In this document: one piece after another, positions 48,598-59,987 of the stretch | Layout: every line of letters starts with the position of its first letter | Numbering within the stretch: the first letter of the stretch is position 1 | Assembly: GCA_024256165.1 (NCBI GenBank) | Contig: JAKLZG010000091.1 | Location: 8,045-72,044, forward strand | Direction: 5' to 3' | Source of the DNA: Candidatus Methylarchaceae archaeon HK02M2 | GTDB taxonomy: Archaea; Thermoproteota; Nitrososphaeria; Nitrososphaerales; JACAEJ01 | Length of the DNA stretch: 64,000 nt | The notes under the pieces: generated by a model | The model's input: only the letters and a program-made list of their open reading frames with translations | The model's database searches: none | What the model was told of the DNA's origin: nothing | Made by a program: the position numbers and the translations under genes

Positions 48598-49172
48598 TCA
48601 ATCAAAAAATCGACTTAATTTTTCAGCTTCTGTGAAAAATTGTAACCAATCGATATCACCCACTCTTTTTTTAATATCTCCTTTAATCACCTTAATGATC
48701 TCTTCGACAACTTTTTTATCATCCCTTCCAGTCGTATCGAATTCAGCAATTTTGTCCCTTCCAAACTTTTTTAAAGCTTCATATGCACTAATGCTTAATA
48801 TTTCTGAAGCTATATTATCTTTAATTTTCTTTTTACTGTAATTTCTTGATAAGAACCTCTTCTCAAGCTCAAAAGGTGAGCATCTTAGCACGGCAACGAA
48901 CTCGATTTCTTGCTTGGATAACACGAAAGGTAAAAGATGGCCTACTATAACTATTTTTTTTTAAAAATTACTTCCTTAGCATACTTCCTTAGTAGAGGTA
49001 AATTTACAAGAATTCCGAGTGCATCTTCACTGATTATTGCGCCCTTTTCTATAGCTAGCTGATTCAAATCTAAAAAATCATAATGTAGAAGTTTAGCTAA
49101 CAATCTACCAATAGACTTCTTCCCTGTACCCGGATTACCTGTTATGCCAATTTTTTCAAAAAATTTTACCAT
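48598..49172 (-). CDS. Adenylate kinase AK6/Fap7 family, split by a -1 frameshift in the A9 run at 48954-48962
   Basis: GITGNPGTGKK in one frame; IVGH, VLRC.P..L..R...R.Y...KI.DN...E, DTT, IDW in the -1 frame. Confidence 0.85.
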
Positions 49173-49232
49173 CTACTTTCATACCATCTAGTTATAAAGT
49201 AATAACACTATTTTTATATGATATGGATCTTT

Positions 49233-50330
49233 CTAATTGTTTAAATCCTCTCCAGATTCCTTTGCAAACTCTCTAAGGAGCTTTTTCTGCTTATCTGTTA
49301 ATCTTGTTGGAATGTTAACAATCACCTTAACCAATTCATCCCCTCTGCCAAAACCTCTTAGTTTTGGCATACCTTTGTTCTTTAATCTGAATACGGTTCC
49401 ACTCTGAGTGCCAGCGGGTATCTTGAGCCTTGCTTTTCCATTTATATTTGGAACATCTATCTCTGTACCTAATACTGCTCGAGGAAAGCTGATCTGAGTC
49501 TCATAGAAGATATCGTCTCCTTCTCGATTGAATATTTTATTGGATTTTACGGTTATTACAACATATAAATCTCCTGAGGGACCTCCTCTCACACCTGCTT
49601 CACCCTCACCCCTTAGCCTTAGAAGATAACCTGTATCTACTCCAGATGGAATTTCCACTCTTATCTTTCTATATTGTCTTATAACACCTGAACCACGGCA
49701 TTCTTTACAGGGATTTTCTATCACTACCTTTCTACCGTTACACTTATCACATGTCGTTACTTGGACAAATCTTGTAAAGCCGAGTGTACGAGTATATTCT
49801 AACTGTCCAGTACCATTGCATTTGGAGCAAGTCTTCTGTTCCGTTCCTGGACTTGCACCCGTTCCTTTACAATTCATGCATTTTTCTTTACGAGGAATTT
49901 CTATTTCGGTCTTTAACCCCTGAAAAGCATCTTCTAGAGTAATCTCAAGATCGTACCTTAAATCACTCCCCTTCTCAGGACTATAAGACTCGCGTCTACC
50001 AAAGAACTCCTCAAATATTTTACTGAAACCGCCGAATCCAAAGCTAAAATCCCTGAAGATCTCATCAAAGTTAACACCTCTGAAGATGTCTTCTCTCGTG
50101 TATCTGCTATCAATACCCTCATGACCGTACATATCGTACTGTCTTCGTTTTTCTTCATTAGATAGTACAGCGTAGGCTTCGGATATCTCTTTGAATTTTT
50201 CCTCTGAATCAGGTGATTTATTCCTATCGGGATGATACTGTAGAGCTAATTTGCGATAAGCGTTTTTTATATCTTGTGCGCCTGCATCTCTTGAGACACC
50301 TAAAATCTCATAGTAATCCTTTTTTCCCAT
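49233..50330 (-). CDS. dnaJ: Chaperone DnaJ
   Basis: J-domain HPD, four CxxCxGxG-type repeats, C-terminal domain. Confidence 0.97.
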   Translation of the reverse strand: MGKKDYYEILGVSRDAGAQDIKNAYRKLALQYHPDRNKSPDSEEKFKEISEAYAVLSNEEKRRQYDMYGHEGIDSRYTREDIFRGVNFDEIFRDFSFGFGGFSKIFEEFFGRRESYSPEKGSDLRYDLEITLEDAFQGLKTEIEIPRKEKCMNCKGTGASPGTEQKTCSKCNGTGQLEYTRTLGFTRFVQVTTCDKCNGRKVVIENPCKECRGSGVIRQYRKIRVEIPSGVDTGYLLRLRGEGEAGVRGGPSGDLYVVITVKSNKIFNREGDDIFYETQISFPRAVLGTEIDVPNINGKARLKIPAGTQSGTVFRLKNKGMPKLRGFGRGDELVKVIVNIPTRLTDKQKKLLREFAKESGEDLNN

Positions 50331-50353
50331 GAAAGGTCAACTAATAATGAAAA

Positions 50354-52249
50354 TTACTTTTTATCATCGTCCACTACTTCATAGTCAGCATCGACCACTT
50401 TTTCTTTTTCTCCTTCTTTTGGTTGTGGAGCATCCTGACCCTTTTGTTCCTTGGCCTGCTGTTCAGCTGCTTGTTGATAAGCAGTGGCGCCTATCTCCTG
50501 CAGAATTTTGGATAGTTGTTCGCTTTTAACCTTAATGTTGTCTATGTTTTTCTCACCAACAGTACTTCTTAATTCGTTTGTAGCTTTATCTATTTTTTCT
50601 ATCTGATCTTGGCTCAATTTGTCTTTAAGATCAGATTTTATCTTTTCAGCAGTATAGATCAGAGTTTCGGCGGCATTTATTACTTCCACCTCCTCTCTCC
50701 TTTTCTTGTCCTGCTCAGCAAATTTCTCTGCTTCTTTGACCATACTGTCAATCTCTTCTTGGGATAGCTTCTTTGATGCGGTAATATCTATCTTCTGTTC
50801 CTTATTCGTAGCTAGATCTTTAGCTGTGACATGTAATATTCCATTTACATCGATATCATAAGTTACCTCTATTTGTGGCACCCCTCTAGGAGCTGGGGGG
50901 ATTCCTGATAAATTGAACATACCTAATGAAACATTGTCAGAAGCCATGGTTCTCTCCCCTTGTAAAACATTAATTGTCACAGTTGTTTGGAAATCAGCAG
51001 CAGTTGTAAAGATTTGAGTTCTTTTTGTCGGAATAGTAGTGTTACGTTCGATTATCTTTGTTGATATTCCACCAAGGGTTTCTACTCCCAAAGACAATGG
51101 CGTAACATCTAGTAGGAGAATGTCTTTCACTTCACCAGCTATTATTGCTCCTTGAATAGCTGCTCCTATAGCTACACACTCCATAGGGTCTACACCTACC
51201 TCAGGAGGTTTGGCGACAATTTCTTCAATCGATTTCCTAACGAGAGGCATCCTTGTTTGACCACCAATCAATATTATTTTATCGATATCCTTCGGTGTTA
51301 ATTTTGCATCGTCTAGAACTCTTTTGATAGTATCCTCTGTCTTTCTTACAATAGGTCGAGCAAGCTCTTCTAACTTTGACCTCGTCAAAGTGTATCGTAA
51401 ATGTTTAGGGCCTTCTTTATCCATAGCTATAAAAGGAAGGTCAATATCCGTTGTAAGAAGTGAAGAGAGCTCTATCTTTGCCTTCTCGGCAGCCTCCTTT
51501 AGCCTCGTCATAGCTGTCTTGTCGCTTCTTATGTCTATACCAGTCTGATTCTTGAATTCCTCAATAAGGTGATTAACTATTGCGTAGTCAATATCTGCTC
51601 CGCCTGTCTGTGTATCTCCACTTGTTGCTATAACTTGAAATACTCCTCCTCCAAAATCCATTGCAGTAACATCATGTGTTCCTCCTCCAAAGCTAAACAC
51701 TATTATCTTCATCTCTTTTTCGAGCTTATCTAATCCATAAGCCAAGCAAGCTGCAGTAGGTTCATTTATTATTCTTGAAATATTCAAACCTGCTATAGTG
51801 CCTGCATCCTTAGTAGCCTGCCTTTGATTGTCGTTAAAATGAGCTGGAATAGTTATAACTGCTTTTTCAACGGTTCTCCCAAGAAAAGTCTCTGCATCTC
51901 TCTTTATCTTCTGTAGGATAAATGCAGAAATTTGTTGTGGAGTAAATTCCTTATCAGATATGTAAACTTTATAATCGCTTCCCATCTTTCTTTTAATTTC
52001 AAAGATCGTTCCTTCAGGATTTGTTAATGCTTGCCTTTTAGCTGGTTCTCCAACCAATAGTTGTCCATCCTTCGTAAATGCGACCACAGAGGGGAACATC
52101 TTGCCTGCTACTGTAGGTCCTTCAGCACTAGGTATTATCACAGGTCTGCCTGCTTCCATCATTGATGCAGCTGAATTAGTTGTTCCTAAATCGATTCCCA
52201 ATATCTTTTCCTTAGATTTTCCCTCAGAGTTACTCATGATTTCCATCAC
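50354..52249 (-). CDS. dnaK: Chaperone DnaK (Hsp70)
   Basis: [47 protein letters not shown]. Confidence 0.98.
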   Translation of the reverse strand: MMEIMSNSEGKSKEKILGIDLGTTNSAASMMEAGRPVIIPSAEGPTVAGKMFPSVVAFTKDGQLLVGEPAKRQALTNPEGTIFEIKRKMGSDYKVYISDKEFTPQQISAFILQKIKRDAETFLGRTVEKAVITIPAHFNDNQRQATKDAGTIAGLNISRIINEPTAACLAYGLDKLEKEMKIIVFSFGGGTHDVTAMDFGGGVFQVIATSGDTQTGGADIDYAIVNHLIEEFKNQTGIDIRSDKTAMTRLKEAAEKAKIELSSLLTTDIDLPFIAMDKEGPKHLRYTLTRSKLEELARPIVRKTEDTIKRVLDDAKLTPKDIDKIILIGGQTRMPLVRKSIEEIVAKPPEVGVDPMECVAIGAAIQGAIIAGEVKDILLLDVTPLSLGVETLGGISTKIIERNTTIPTKRTQIFTTAADFQTTVTINVLQGERTMASDNVSLGMFNLSGIPPAPRGVPQIEVTYDIDVNGILHVTAKDLATNKEQKIDITASKKLSQEEIDSMVKEAEKFAEQDKKRREEVEVINAAETLIYTAEKIKSDLKDKLSQDQIEKIDKATNELRSTVGEKNIDNIKVKSEQLSKILQEIGATAYQQAAEQQAKEQKGQDAPQPKEGEKEKVVDADYEVVDDDKK

Positions 52250-52815
52250 TCCTCATTATATGGATTAAGAGCGACCTTCACCTTACTTGGTCTTATTAAT
52301 TTATCATTTAATAGATACCCTTTTTGCATCTCTTCAACAATCATATTGGAAGGGCAATCTTTAGTTTCAATCTTATCTATCGCTTCATGCAAATTTGGAT
52401 CGAATGCACTCCCTATAGTATATATCTCTTCGACCCCTTCTTTTCTGAGAATCTCTTTTAGATCTTTGAAAATAATCTCCACCCCATCTAACAATGTCTC
52501 TTTATTCTTTACTTCCCTACCGGATATCATCGCTCTTTCCAGATTATCAACAACATCTAATAATTTAATTATTAATCGCTCGTTTCCATACTTCACTAAT
52601 TCGATCATATCCTTGTTCACTCTTTTTTTATAATTATCAAAATCCGCCTGAAGGTACTTTAAACGGTTAAGATAATCTTCAGCTCTATTTTGCTCTTCTT
52701 TCAAAGCTTTTCTTAATTCATCTAGCTCACTTAATACTTTTCTTGAATCTATAGCTTTATCGATTGGTACAGTATCTTTATTTTTCTCTTTTTCTACCAC
52801 AGCTTCTTCTGTCAT
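52246..52815 (-). CDS. grpE: Nucleotide exchange factor GrpE
   Basis: [27 protein letters not shown]...LIRP..V.V. Confidence 0.96.
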   Translation of the reverse strand: MTEEAVVEKEKNKDTVPIDKAIDSRKVLSELDELRKALKEEQNRAEDYLNRLKYLQADFDNYKKRVNKDMIELVKYGNERLIIKLLDVVDNLERAMISGREVKNKETLLDGVEIIFKDLKEILRKEGVEEIYTIGSAFDPNLHEAIDKIETKDCPSNMIVEEMQKGYLLNDKLIRPSKVKVALNPYNEE

Positions 52816-52995
52816 TTTGATGAGCCTCCACATAAATATGTTAAATGTAAAGTTAAGTCAGAATTTAAAAAAAGGTCAATTATTTTATTTAAATATTATG
52901 CTTCTGAATTTTGAGAATAAATATCAGTATGAAATTTTAGTAATGGATTAACTATAATGATAAATTTATTAATTAGAATAGGTTTGGGATTCAAC

Positions 52996-53232
52996 ATGCC
53001 TCTAGCATTTGTGTTGATAAATGCCGATCTAGGAGCAGAGGAAGAATTAGTAGGAGAGCTTAAGAAGATTACGAATGTAAAAGAGGTTTATGTAGTCTAT
53101 GGTGTCTATGATATAATAGCTAAGATAGAAGCTGATTCTATGGAGAAGGTAAAAGAGACAGTAACATGGAAGATTAGACGTTTAGATAAAGTTCGGTCTA
53201 CACTCACAATGATAGTAGTTGAGGTTCCGTAG
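52996..53232 (+). CDS. Stand-alone Lrp/AsnC ligand-binding (RAM) domain protein
   Basis: AFVLIN...G.E, VYGVYDIIAK, IR....VRSTLTMIV. Confidence 0.9.
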   Translation: MPLAFVLINADLGAEEELVGELKKITNVKEVYVVYGVYDIIAKIEADSMEKVKETVTWKIRRLDKVRSTLTMIVVEVP

Positions 53233-53289
53233 ATAATAACTAAATTCATCTATAACTATAACCAATAATCTCATCCGCCTCTTTTACCT

Positions 53290-54336
53290 GTGAGGACTAA
53301 CATAGAAACTTTAATACAAACATCAGGTTATAGACAAAATTGGGCTATAATGCTTTTTATATCTGCTCTGAGGAAAATCCTAAAAGGCTTTACCAGAACA
53401 GCCGTTTTTGCAGTAACTACCAAGTGTAATTGTAAGTGTATTATGTGCGACATGCATCGGAAGAATCCTGAATCTATCAATTGTGAGGAGGCGTTTAAAA
53501 TCATAGATTTTCTCACTCAGAACAGATTTCTCATACTTTATCTAACGGGCGGTGAACCAACTCTTCACCCTGACATTATAAAGATTTTGAAGTATAGTAG
53601 TAAAAAGGGTTTGATAACGAGTATGACAACCAATGGGACAATATCACATAATCTGCTTTTAGCTTGCAAGGAAGCAGGGCTATCTCTTCTAAGTGTTTCA
53701 CTTGATCATTGGGATACAAAAATATGTGAAGATATTCGACGACATAGCCAAATAAGTAAGAAACAGATTGATGCAATTAGGTATGCGAAAAAGATCGGAT
53801 TAAGAACTCATGCTTTGTCATTCTTGAATCCCTTTCTGTTAAGGGACGGAGTAGAGAATATGGTTAGATATGTAAATGAGGAATTGGGAGTACCATTCGG
53901 TTTTTGCTACCCAACAATATGTGATGTGAACTCATATAGATTAGGTGGTGAGATTTCTGAGAAAGAACTATTGCGTAACTTACGAAAAGGTATAGCCATG
54001 ATACTATCGCTAAAGAAAAGGGGGTACGAAATTTTGAATTCTGGAACATATATCGAAGATATACTTAACTTTTTTAACAACCAACCTCCTAACTTTTACT
54101 GTAGGGGAGGGCAAGATGTTTTCTATATCGATTGGATAGGAGACATTTATCCATGCTTTGCGAAACCGAAGCTCTTCAATATACTGAAAGATAGACCCCA
54201 TTTCCTTGAGAATATAATGTGTAATGAGTGTCTTACAAACTGTTTCCGTGAACCTTCACTCTTCCCACAACTCTTTTATCCAAACCTTATTATCAAGGAG
54301 GCTCTTTTACATCCATCGAAGTTGATTTTTATTTGA
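53290..54336 (+). CDS. Radical SAM protein with C-terminal Cys (twitch/SPASM-like) region
   Basis: CNCKCIMC, TGGEP, TTNG, SLD, C.GG......W.G..YPC, C..C...C. Confidence 0.9.
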   Translation: MRTNIETLIQTSGYRQNWAIMLFISALRKILKGFTRTAVFAVTTKCNCKCIMCDMHRKNPESINCEEAFKIIDFLTQNRFLILYLTGGEPTLHPDIIKILKYSSKKGLITSMTTNGTISHNLLLACKEAGLSLLSVSLDHWDTKICEDIRRHSQISKKQIDAIRYAKKIGLRTHALSFLNPFLLRDGVENMVRYVNEELGVPFGFCYPTICDVNSYRLGGEISEKELLRNLRKGIAMILSLKKRGYEILNSGTYIEDILNFFNNQPPNFYCRGGQDVFYIDWIGDIYPCFAKPKLFNILKDRPHFLENIMCNECLTNCFREPSLFPQLFYPNLIIKEALLHPSKLIFI

Positions 54337-54417
54337 TACTAAAGTGTAGATCGCAGTGAAATCTCAAGAATTAGATACAATCTATGCTAAATCTGAATCA
54401 TTTGCGAGACGGTTCCA

Positions 54418-55710
54418 TTGAACAAACTTCAGATACTTAACATAGGTCTTGATGATACAGATTCCAAAGATGGGATGTGTACTACATATATTGGCGCCAT
54501 AGTTGTAGATAAGCTTAAGGAGATGGGCGTGGAGATAATTGATTATCCATGTCTTATTAGGCTCAATCCCAACTGGGTTTTGAAGACTAGGGGAAATTGT
54601 GCTATCTCGATAAAAGTTAAAACAAAAGCCGAGTTGATACCTGACATAAAGCAGATTGTTATAGAGACTGTAAATCAACTGGCAGAGTTAGATCATTGGA
54701 CAACGAATCCAGGCGTTGTGTTCTTTGAAGGTAGTAATATCCCAGAGGAGTTAAAGGCTTATTCAAATAAAGTAATACAAGATATTACGACTATCAGTGA
54801 AGCAGAAGCTCTATCGAAGAAGATTGGTGCTGAATTTTTTAAATTTAAAATAGGGAGGGGGATTATAGGTGCTTTAGCAGCTATAGGTAATGAATTAAAG
54901 CAAGATAAAACCTATGAACTTATAGCTTATAGAGTGCCAAACAACCGTGGCACAGAAAGAAAGATAGATAAAGAATCCGTTTTAAAGATGAATAAACTGA
55001 CTTACCCAATGACATTCGATAATATCGATCTTGTAAAAGGTGAAATAAGAATAACACCCCACACACCTTGTCCAATCTTGTATGGGATTAGAGCTGAAAA
55101 TCCCCAAATAGCAAAGAAAGCTCACAACATTACAAAAGCATTTGAGCCGATAGAAAGATGGGTGATATTCAAAACGAATCAAGCTACGGATGAACATATA
55201 AAAAATGCAAAGATATCTGAAGTGAAACCAGATCGTTCTTTTTTAGTTGAGGGAGAAGTTTGTGTGAAGCCACGAATCATACTTGGGGGTCATGTTATAT
55301 TCAGAATAAGAGATGAGAATGGTGGGATAGACTGTGCTGCCTATGAGCCTACGAGACAATTCAGAGAGATAGTTTTAAAATTAATGGTCGGTGATATAAT
55401 CAAAGCCTATGGTGGAGTTAAGCTAAAGCCATCTTTACCATTGACTATAAATCTTGAGAAAATAGAAATTGTTAAGCTAAGCCCTGTCTTGAAGAAGATA
55501 AATCCAGTTTGTTCATCATGTAGCAAGAGGATGAAGTCAGCTGGGAAAGGGAAGGGATTTAGGTGTAAAATATGTAAACTTAAGCTACCTAACAAAGCAC
55601 TTTACTTTGAACAGATACCAAGAGGTATAACTCTAGGATTCTACGAAGTTCCGCCTAGGGCTAGGAGACACTTAGCAAAACCATTGATCCGCTTTTCACA
55701 ACGAGTCTGA
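54418..55710 (+). CDS. tiaS: tRNA(Ile2) agmatinylcytidine synthase
   Basis: GLDDTDS..GMCTTY, LIRLNPN...KTRGN, GRG.IGALAA, P.LYGIR, TNQ.TD, AYEPT, C..C...MKS.G, ARRHL.KP. Confidence 0.96.
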   Translation: MNKLQILNIGLDDTDSKDGMCTTYIGAIVVDKLKEMGVEIIDYPCLIRLNPNWVLKTRGNCAISIKVKTKAELIPDIKQIVIETVNQLAELDHWTTNPGVVFFEGSNIPEELKAYSNKVIQDITTISEAEALSKKIGAEFFKFKIGRGIIGALAAIGNELKQDKTYELIAYRVPNNRGTERKIDKESVLKMNKLTYPMTFDNIDLVKGEIRITPHTPCPILYGIRAENPQIAKKAHNITKAFEPIERWVIFKTNQATDEHIKNAKISEVKPDRSFLVEGEVCVKPRIILGGHVIFRIRDENGGIDCAAYEPTRQFREIVLKLMVGDIIKAYGGVKLKPSLPLTINLEKIEIVKLSPVLKKINPVCSSCSKRMKSAGKGKGFRCKICKLKLPNKALYFEQIPRGITLGFYEVPPRARRHLAKPLIRFSQRV

Positions 55711-55795
55711 GGATAAATAATTCATGAAACCAGATTTATCTTAATATATTTTTATTTGTTGATATTCTTGCAGTGATCGTTTTTTAAACAATTTA

Positions 55796-57016
55796 TTAAT
55801 GACTTTGCAAAGACGTTATTACATCAACAGGCAGGTTGGCTTTTATAATGATCGAACTCATTCCCAGCTCGGTCTGACTATTTTTAAGTACTATTCCAAA
55901 ATCTTCGTTTGAACAAGCTAAAATGATGTTATTTTTACCTGTATAAGGAGGCATTCCTCGTTTTACGCCTAATCTTGGATATAGAGCTTGTAGATAAGGT
56001 ATGGTGTTGAGTGCAACTACACTTCCAACACAATCATGAAGCTTTTCTATGAGTGTAGAAAAAATCGATATTTTATCCTCCCTAATCTCAAAAGGATCTA
56101 TTGACCATGCTACTAAAATCCTAGCCCTACCCGCTTTTAGCCCCTCCTCTTTTAATATGTCACGAATCCTGTTTATAAGATATTTAATATACCCTTCTAA
56201 ACTTTTCAATATGCCTGACATCGTATACCATAATGGTTCACCAGTCTTTAAGGTCTTTGTGATCGCTTTTATATCAAATAAATTCTCACTTATCGTCTCT
56301 AGATAAGCCTCCTTTTGACTATCTGTAAAGCACTCCGGAGAAATCCAATCACTAGATCTGCTTAACTTTTTACATAACTCTAATTCCATCGCGATAGAAC
56401 TATATTTTCTTATTACATGTTTGGAATAAAGCCATTCAGCTAAGTATAAGGGTAGGATATCAGGTACATCGATCAGCGCCGATTTGAGAGTTTCGATAAC
56501 AGCTTCATCTAAATTCATTCTCCTTGAACCTATAAATACAGGTTCATTGGTTTTCGGGTTTAGTGGAGCATATATGTAATCAAAGCCTACACCTACTTCT
56601 AATCCAGTAAGTTTTTCAATCAATGATATGATCTCTCTATTGCCACCATAACTCATCGGCAACATATTTACAAATACCACTCCTTTTGAAAGATGTTTTG
56701 ATACAGTCTTTAGTCTCAAGCTGATCTTGGATTTACCTTCTATGCCATGAGTTCTTATTTTAGGGGCGAAGAATATGCATTTAGCTTTGCTTATTGCATC
56801 TTCCATAGATTCAAGACCAAGTAATGGCTCATCTTCAAGAAGAGCTGCGATCGAATTGAATCTAGCGAGTATTTTATTTTTTAACTGCATGCCAACATTT
56901 AGGTTCTCATCCACTAGGGTAGTCTGTATGTCAAAAAACGAAAGTGAAGAAGCAATTCTATAGCCTTCGGTACTTAGACCAAAAATTGTAATCGGAGCGA
57001 GGATATTTTTAGACAA
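55796..57016 (-). CDS. Degenerate NDP-sugar dehydrogenase-like protein
   Basis: N-terminal Rossmann-like ITIFGLSTEG; layout like UDP-glucose/GDP-mannose dehydrogenases but catalytic motifs not seen. Confidence 0.55.
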   Translation of the reverse strand: MSKNILAPITIFGLSTEGYRIASSLSFFDIQTTLVDENLNVGMQLKNKILARFNSIAALLEDEPLLGLESMEDAISKAKCIFFAPKIRTHGIEGKSKISLRLKTVSKHLSKGVVFVNMLPMSYGGNREIISLIEKLTGLEVGVGFDYIYAPLNPKTNEPVFIGSRRMNLDEAVIETLKSALIDVPDILPLYLAEWLYSKHVIRKYSSIAMELELCKKLSRSSDWISPECFTDSQKEAYLETISENLFDIKAITKTLKTGEPLWYTMSGILKSLEGYIKYLINRIRDILKEEGLKAGRARILVAWSIDPFEIREDKISIFSTLIEKLHDCVGSVVALNTIPYLQALYPRLGVKRGMPPYTGKNNIILACSNEDFGIVLKNSQTELGMSSIIIKANLPVDVITSLQSH

Positions 57017-57456
57017 CTTTAACCTCTAGAGATATAATTATCCTTTAATATATTTGCTTTAAAAGGGTTAATCCATATTGGGATAAAAAATATTTTTTTA
57101 TCATCCCTGTCAACGCTGAGCGCCTTTGCAGTCTTTAGTTTACAATGTAGCCTTGAATATTATAATCTCTCTCTATATGTATCAATTCCATTTAACAGAG
57201 ATTGTTATTAGTTAATATAAGAGAATGTAATTTTTCAGGGAATGTATATTGATCCACATCTTTTTACTTACTTTAGAGACTTAGAAGAGTATTTTACTCA
57301 ATTACACTTGGGAGAGTATATTACACTCTATTTGATTACAAGCTGTTTTTTTGTATATATTGTGGAATTAGCATGATGAATGTAAATATTCATTTTAAAA
57401 TTATTAATAGAAGAATGAATTCAGAAACTAATAAAGTAATATGGTGCGAGTAATCC

Positions 57457-58287
57457 ATGCAAAATAGAAGTAAGGCGATGAATGAACAGGAGCGTCGTAT
57501 AAATGCTTGGATGGCTAAGATCAAGCATAAGATAGTTGTGCTTAGCGGTAAGGGTGGAGTTGGAAAAAGTACTGTAGCCACTAACTTGGCGGTCGCTTTG
57601 GCATGGAAAGGTCGATCAAATCTGGTAGGTATTCTAGATGCAGACATCACAGGACCTAGTATACCAAAGATGATTGGAGCGAGAAAGCAACAGTTAGAAG
57701 CCGGTCCACCGGGAATCTTCCCTGCAACAGGGCCACTAGGAATAAAGATCATATCAATGGACTTTTTCCTTCAAGCTGATGAAACACCAGTAATATGGCG
57801 TGGTCCATTGAAGTCTGTAGCCATAAGGCAGTTTCTAGCTGATGTGGTTTGGGGTGAACTTGATTTCCTCCTTATAGATCTTCCACCTGGAACCGGTGAT
57901 GAAGCACTTAGCATAATGCAAATTATACCAAATATAGACGGTGTCATTATAGTCACTATCCCCTCAGAGGTTTCTCAGATTGTTGTCAAAAAGGCAGTTA
58001 CTTTCACCCAGAAATTGAATGCGCCGATAATTGGAATCCTAGAAAATATGAGTGGTTTTGTCTGCCCAAAGTGTGGTGCTGAAACGGACATCTTTAGAGT
58101 AGGTGGAGGTCAGAAGATATCAGATGACCTTAACGTTCCTTTTCTCGGGAGAATTCCAATCGATCCACGAATATGTGAAGACTCTGATCAAGGTTCTCCT
58201 TTTATTACTAAGCATTCAGATTCTCCAGCCGCCAAAGAATTTATGAAGATCGTAGATAAAATTGAAGACTTCCTTAAGAAAGAATGA
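57457..58287 (+). CDS. mrp: Mrp/NBP35/ApbC Fe-S carrier ATPase
   Basis: SGKGGVGKS, DADITGPS.P, WRGP, DLPPGTGD, ENMS.F.CP.C. Confidence 0.96.
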   Translation: MQNRSKAMNEQERRINAWMAKIKHKIVVLSGKGGVGKSTVATNLAVALAWKGRSNLVGILDADITGPSIPKMIGARKQQLEAGPPGIFPATGPLGIKIISMDFFLQADETPVIWRGPLKSVAIRQFLADVVWGELDFLLIDLPPGTGDEALSIMQIIPNIDGVIIVTIPSEVSQIVVKKAVTFTQKLNAPIIGILENMSGFVCPKCGAETDIFRVGGGQKISDDLNVPFLGRIPIDPRICEDSDQGSPFITKHSDSPAAKEFMKIVDKIEDFLKKE

Positions 58288-58400
58288 ACAGACTAATTTG
58301 AGAGATATTTAGAAATTAAACAGAGATATTTTATCTTTGCGTCATTCTAAGATGATCGACATTTCTTCATTATAACAAAAATGAAATCGAACTTTATTGT

Positions 58401-59672
58401 TTAATTTCGCATCTTTAGAAGTTTATATAAAATTATACCTCCTATAACTAGAAGAGAGCCTGATAAAATTATAGATATACTAAATTGAAGAATCATTAGA
58501 AAACATGATAGAAGACCCAGGAAAGCAGTTACTGAAAATCTACCTATGTTTAAAGGAGCCTTAAAAGATCTCTTCAACTCGGATTCACTATATCTTAAGT
58601 GAATCAACGAAATGTTAACAAATGCGAAAGTAATAAAGGCCCCAAAACTCGTTAAGCTAGCCACAAACTCTAGGTTCCCAAAGAAAACAAAAATTATAGA
58701 AGAGATCATTATGAAGAGAACTGCCAGCGAAGGTGTACCTCTTTTAGAGTTGATCTTTGAGAGAACCATTGGTAAAGCACCCTCCCTAGCCATACCATAG
58801 ATCATTCTAGAACCCACAACTAACATAATTAAAACCGTATTGCTCGTAGCAAATAAGGCTATTAAAGATATGATAGTAAAAGCATTTTCACCTAGAGCCC
58901 GGGAAGCTGCGAAGGCAAGAGGCGAATTGGAACTTCCAAGATCTATCCAGGATGCTAAGCTTACTACAGCTGAGGCCACAAATACGTATAGACACGTTGT
59001 TATTAGTATTGAAAAAATTAACGCTTTTGGAATAATTTTTTTTGGATTTCTGGTCTCTTCAGCTATATTAACAATATCTTCAAAGCCTAGATAGGCAAAG
59101 AATATCAGAGCCGAAGCAGATAGGACTCCAGATAAACCATTAGGCGCTTCGAGAAGATATACTTTACCTAAACTTCCTATGCCTATCACGATAATGAGGA
59201 TTAACCCAAATATCTCCACCAAAGTGAAAAAAATATTTATTTTTGTTGACTCTTTTATCCCTAAGTAGTTGATGTACGATAATAATAGTATTAGAATTAT
59301 AGCGATTGGGATTATGGGGAGACTGAAAAGGCCTTGAAAATAGCCAGCGAAGCCTAGAGCCACAGTCGACACAGATATTATACCAGTCAAAATTACTAAC
59401 CAGCCGATTATAAAGGCCAAGATTTCGGACTTGCAAGCAAATCTGACGTAGACGTACTCTGCGGCTTCCTTCGGAAACATTGATGAAAGCTCGGCATAAC
59501 TCAGGCCTGTTAGAGAGGCAATTGCTGCACCCAATACAAATGAAAGCCAAACAGAATTTCCTGCTATGCCAGCTGCCTCACCTACCAATACATAAACTCC
59601 TGCTCCCAGAATTATCCCTACACCCCACATAGTTACTTCGAAGAGCCCGATCTCCCTTCTCAAAGAAATCAC
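58401..59672 (-). CDS. APC-family amino acid permease
   Basis: G.I.GAG.Y, YAEL.S..P, FFAYLGFE....AEE...P, SR..Y.MAR.G.LP. Confidence 0.93.
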   Translation of the reverse strand: MISLRREIGLFEVTMWGVGIILGAGVYVLVGEAAGIAGNSVWLSFVLGAAIASLTGLSYAELSSMFPKEAAEYVYVRFACKSEILAFIIGWLVILTGIISVSTVALGFAGYFQGLFSLPIIPIAIILILLLSYINYLGIKESTKINIFFTLVEIFGLILIIVIGIGSLGKVYLLEAPNGLSGVLSASALIFFAYLGFEDIVNIAEETRNPKKIIPKALIFSILITTCLYVFVASAVVSLASWIDLGSSNSPLAFAASRALGENAFTIISLIALFATSNTVLIMLVVGSRMIYGMAREGALPMVLSKINSKRGTPSLAVLFIMISSIIFVFFGNLEFVASLTSFGAFITFAFVNISLIHLRYSESELKRSFKAPLNIGRFSVTAFLGLLSCFLMILQFSISIILSGSLLVIGGIILYKLLKMRN

Positions 59673-59715
59673 ATAATCTGGGTCAAGAACAGAGTTTATA
59701 TATAAACTATCTAAT

Positions 59716-59987
59716 ATGGAAAACGTTTTTAGAAATAAAATCTTTAGCTTGAACTATCCATTTGAATATATATTATCTAGAATTAAAGATCAAGAAAGTG
59801 GAAAATTTAGATTTGAGAATGGGTTCCTTCGACAACCACAATGCTTGTATTTGGTCTAACTTTCCCAATATTGTTCGATAAGCCTAAATTGGGAGCTCCG
59901 CTTGTTATGCTCTCATTCTTGATAGGATTTTCAGTTGTGTATTTGGGATTTCATTTTCCAGGAGACGTTATAGCAAAAGGATACTGA
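59716..59987 (+). pseudogene. Decayed PAP2-family phosphatase
   Basis: Frame 59820-59987 reads WVPSTTT...IGFSVVYLGFHFPGDVIA (cf. SR.YLG.H.P.DV); the upstream part is in another frame. Confidence 0.55.
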
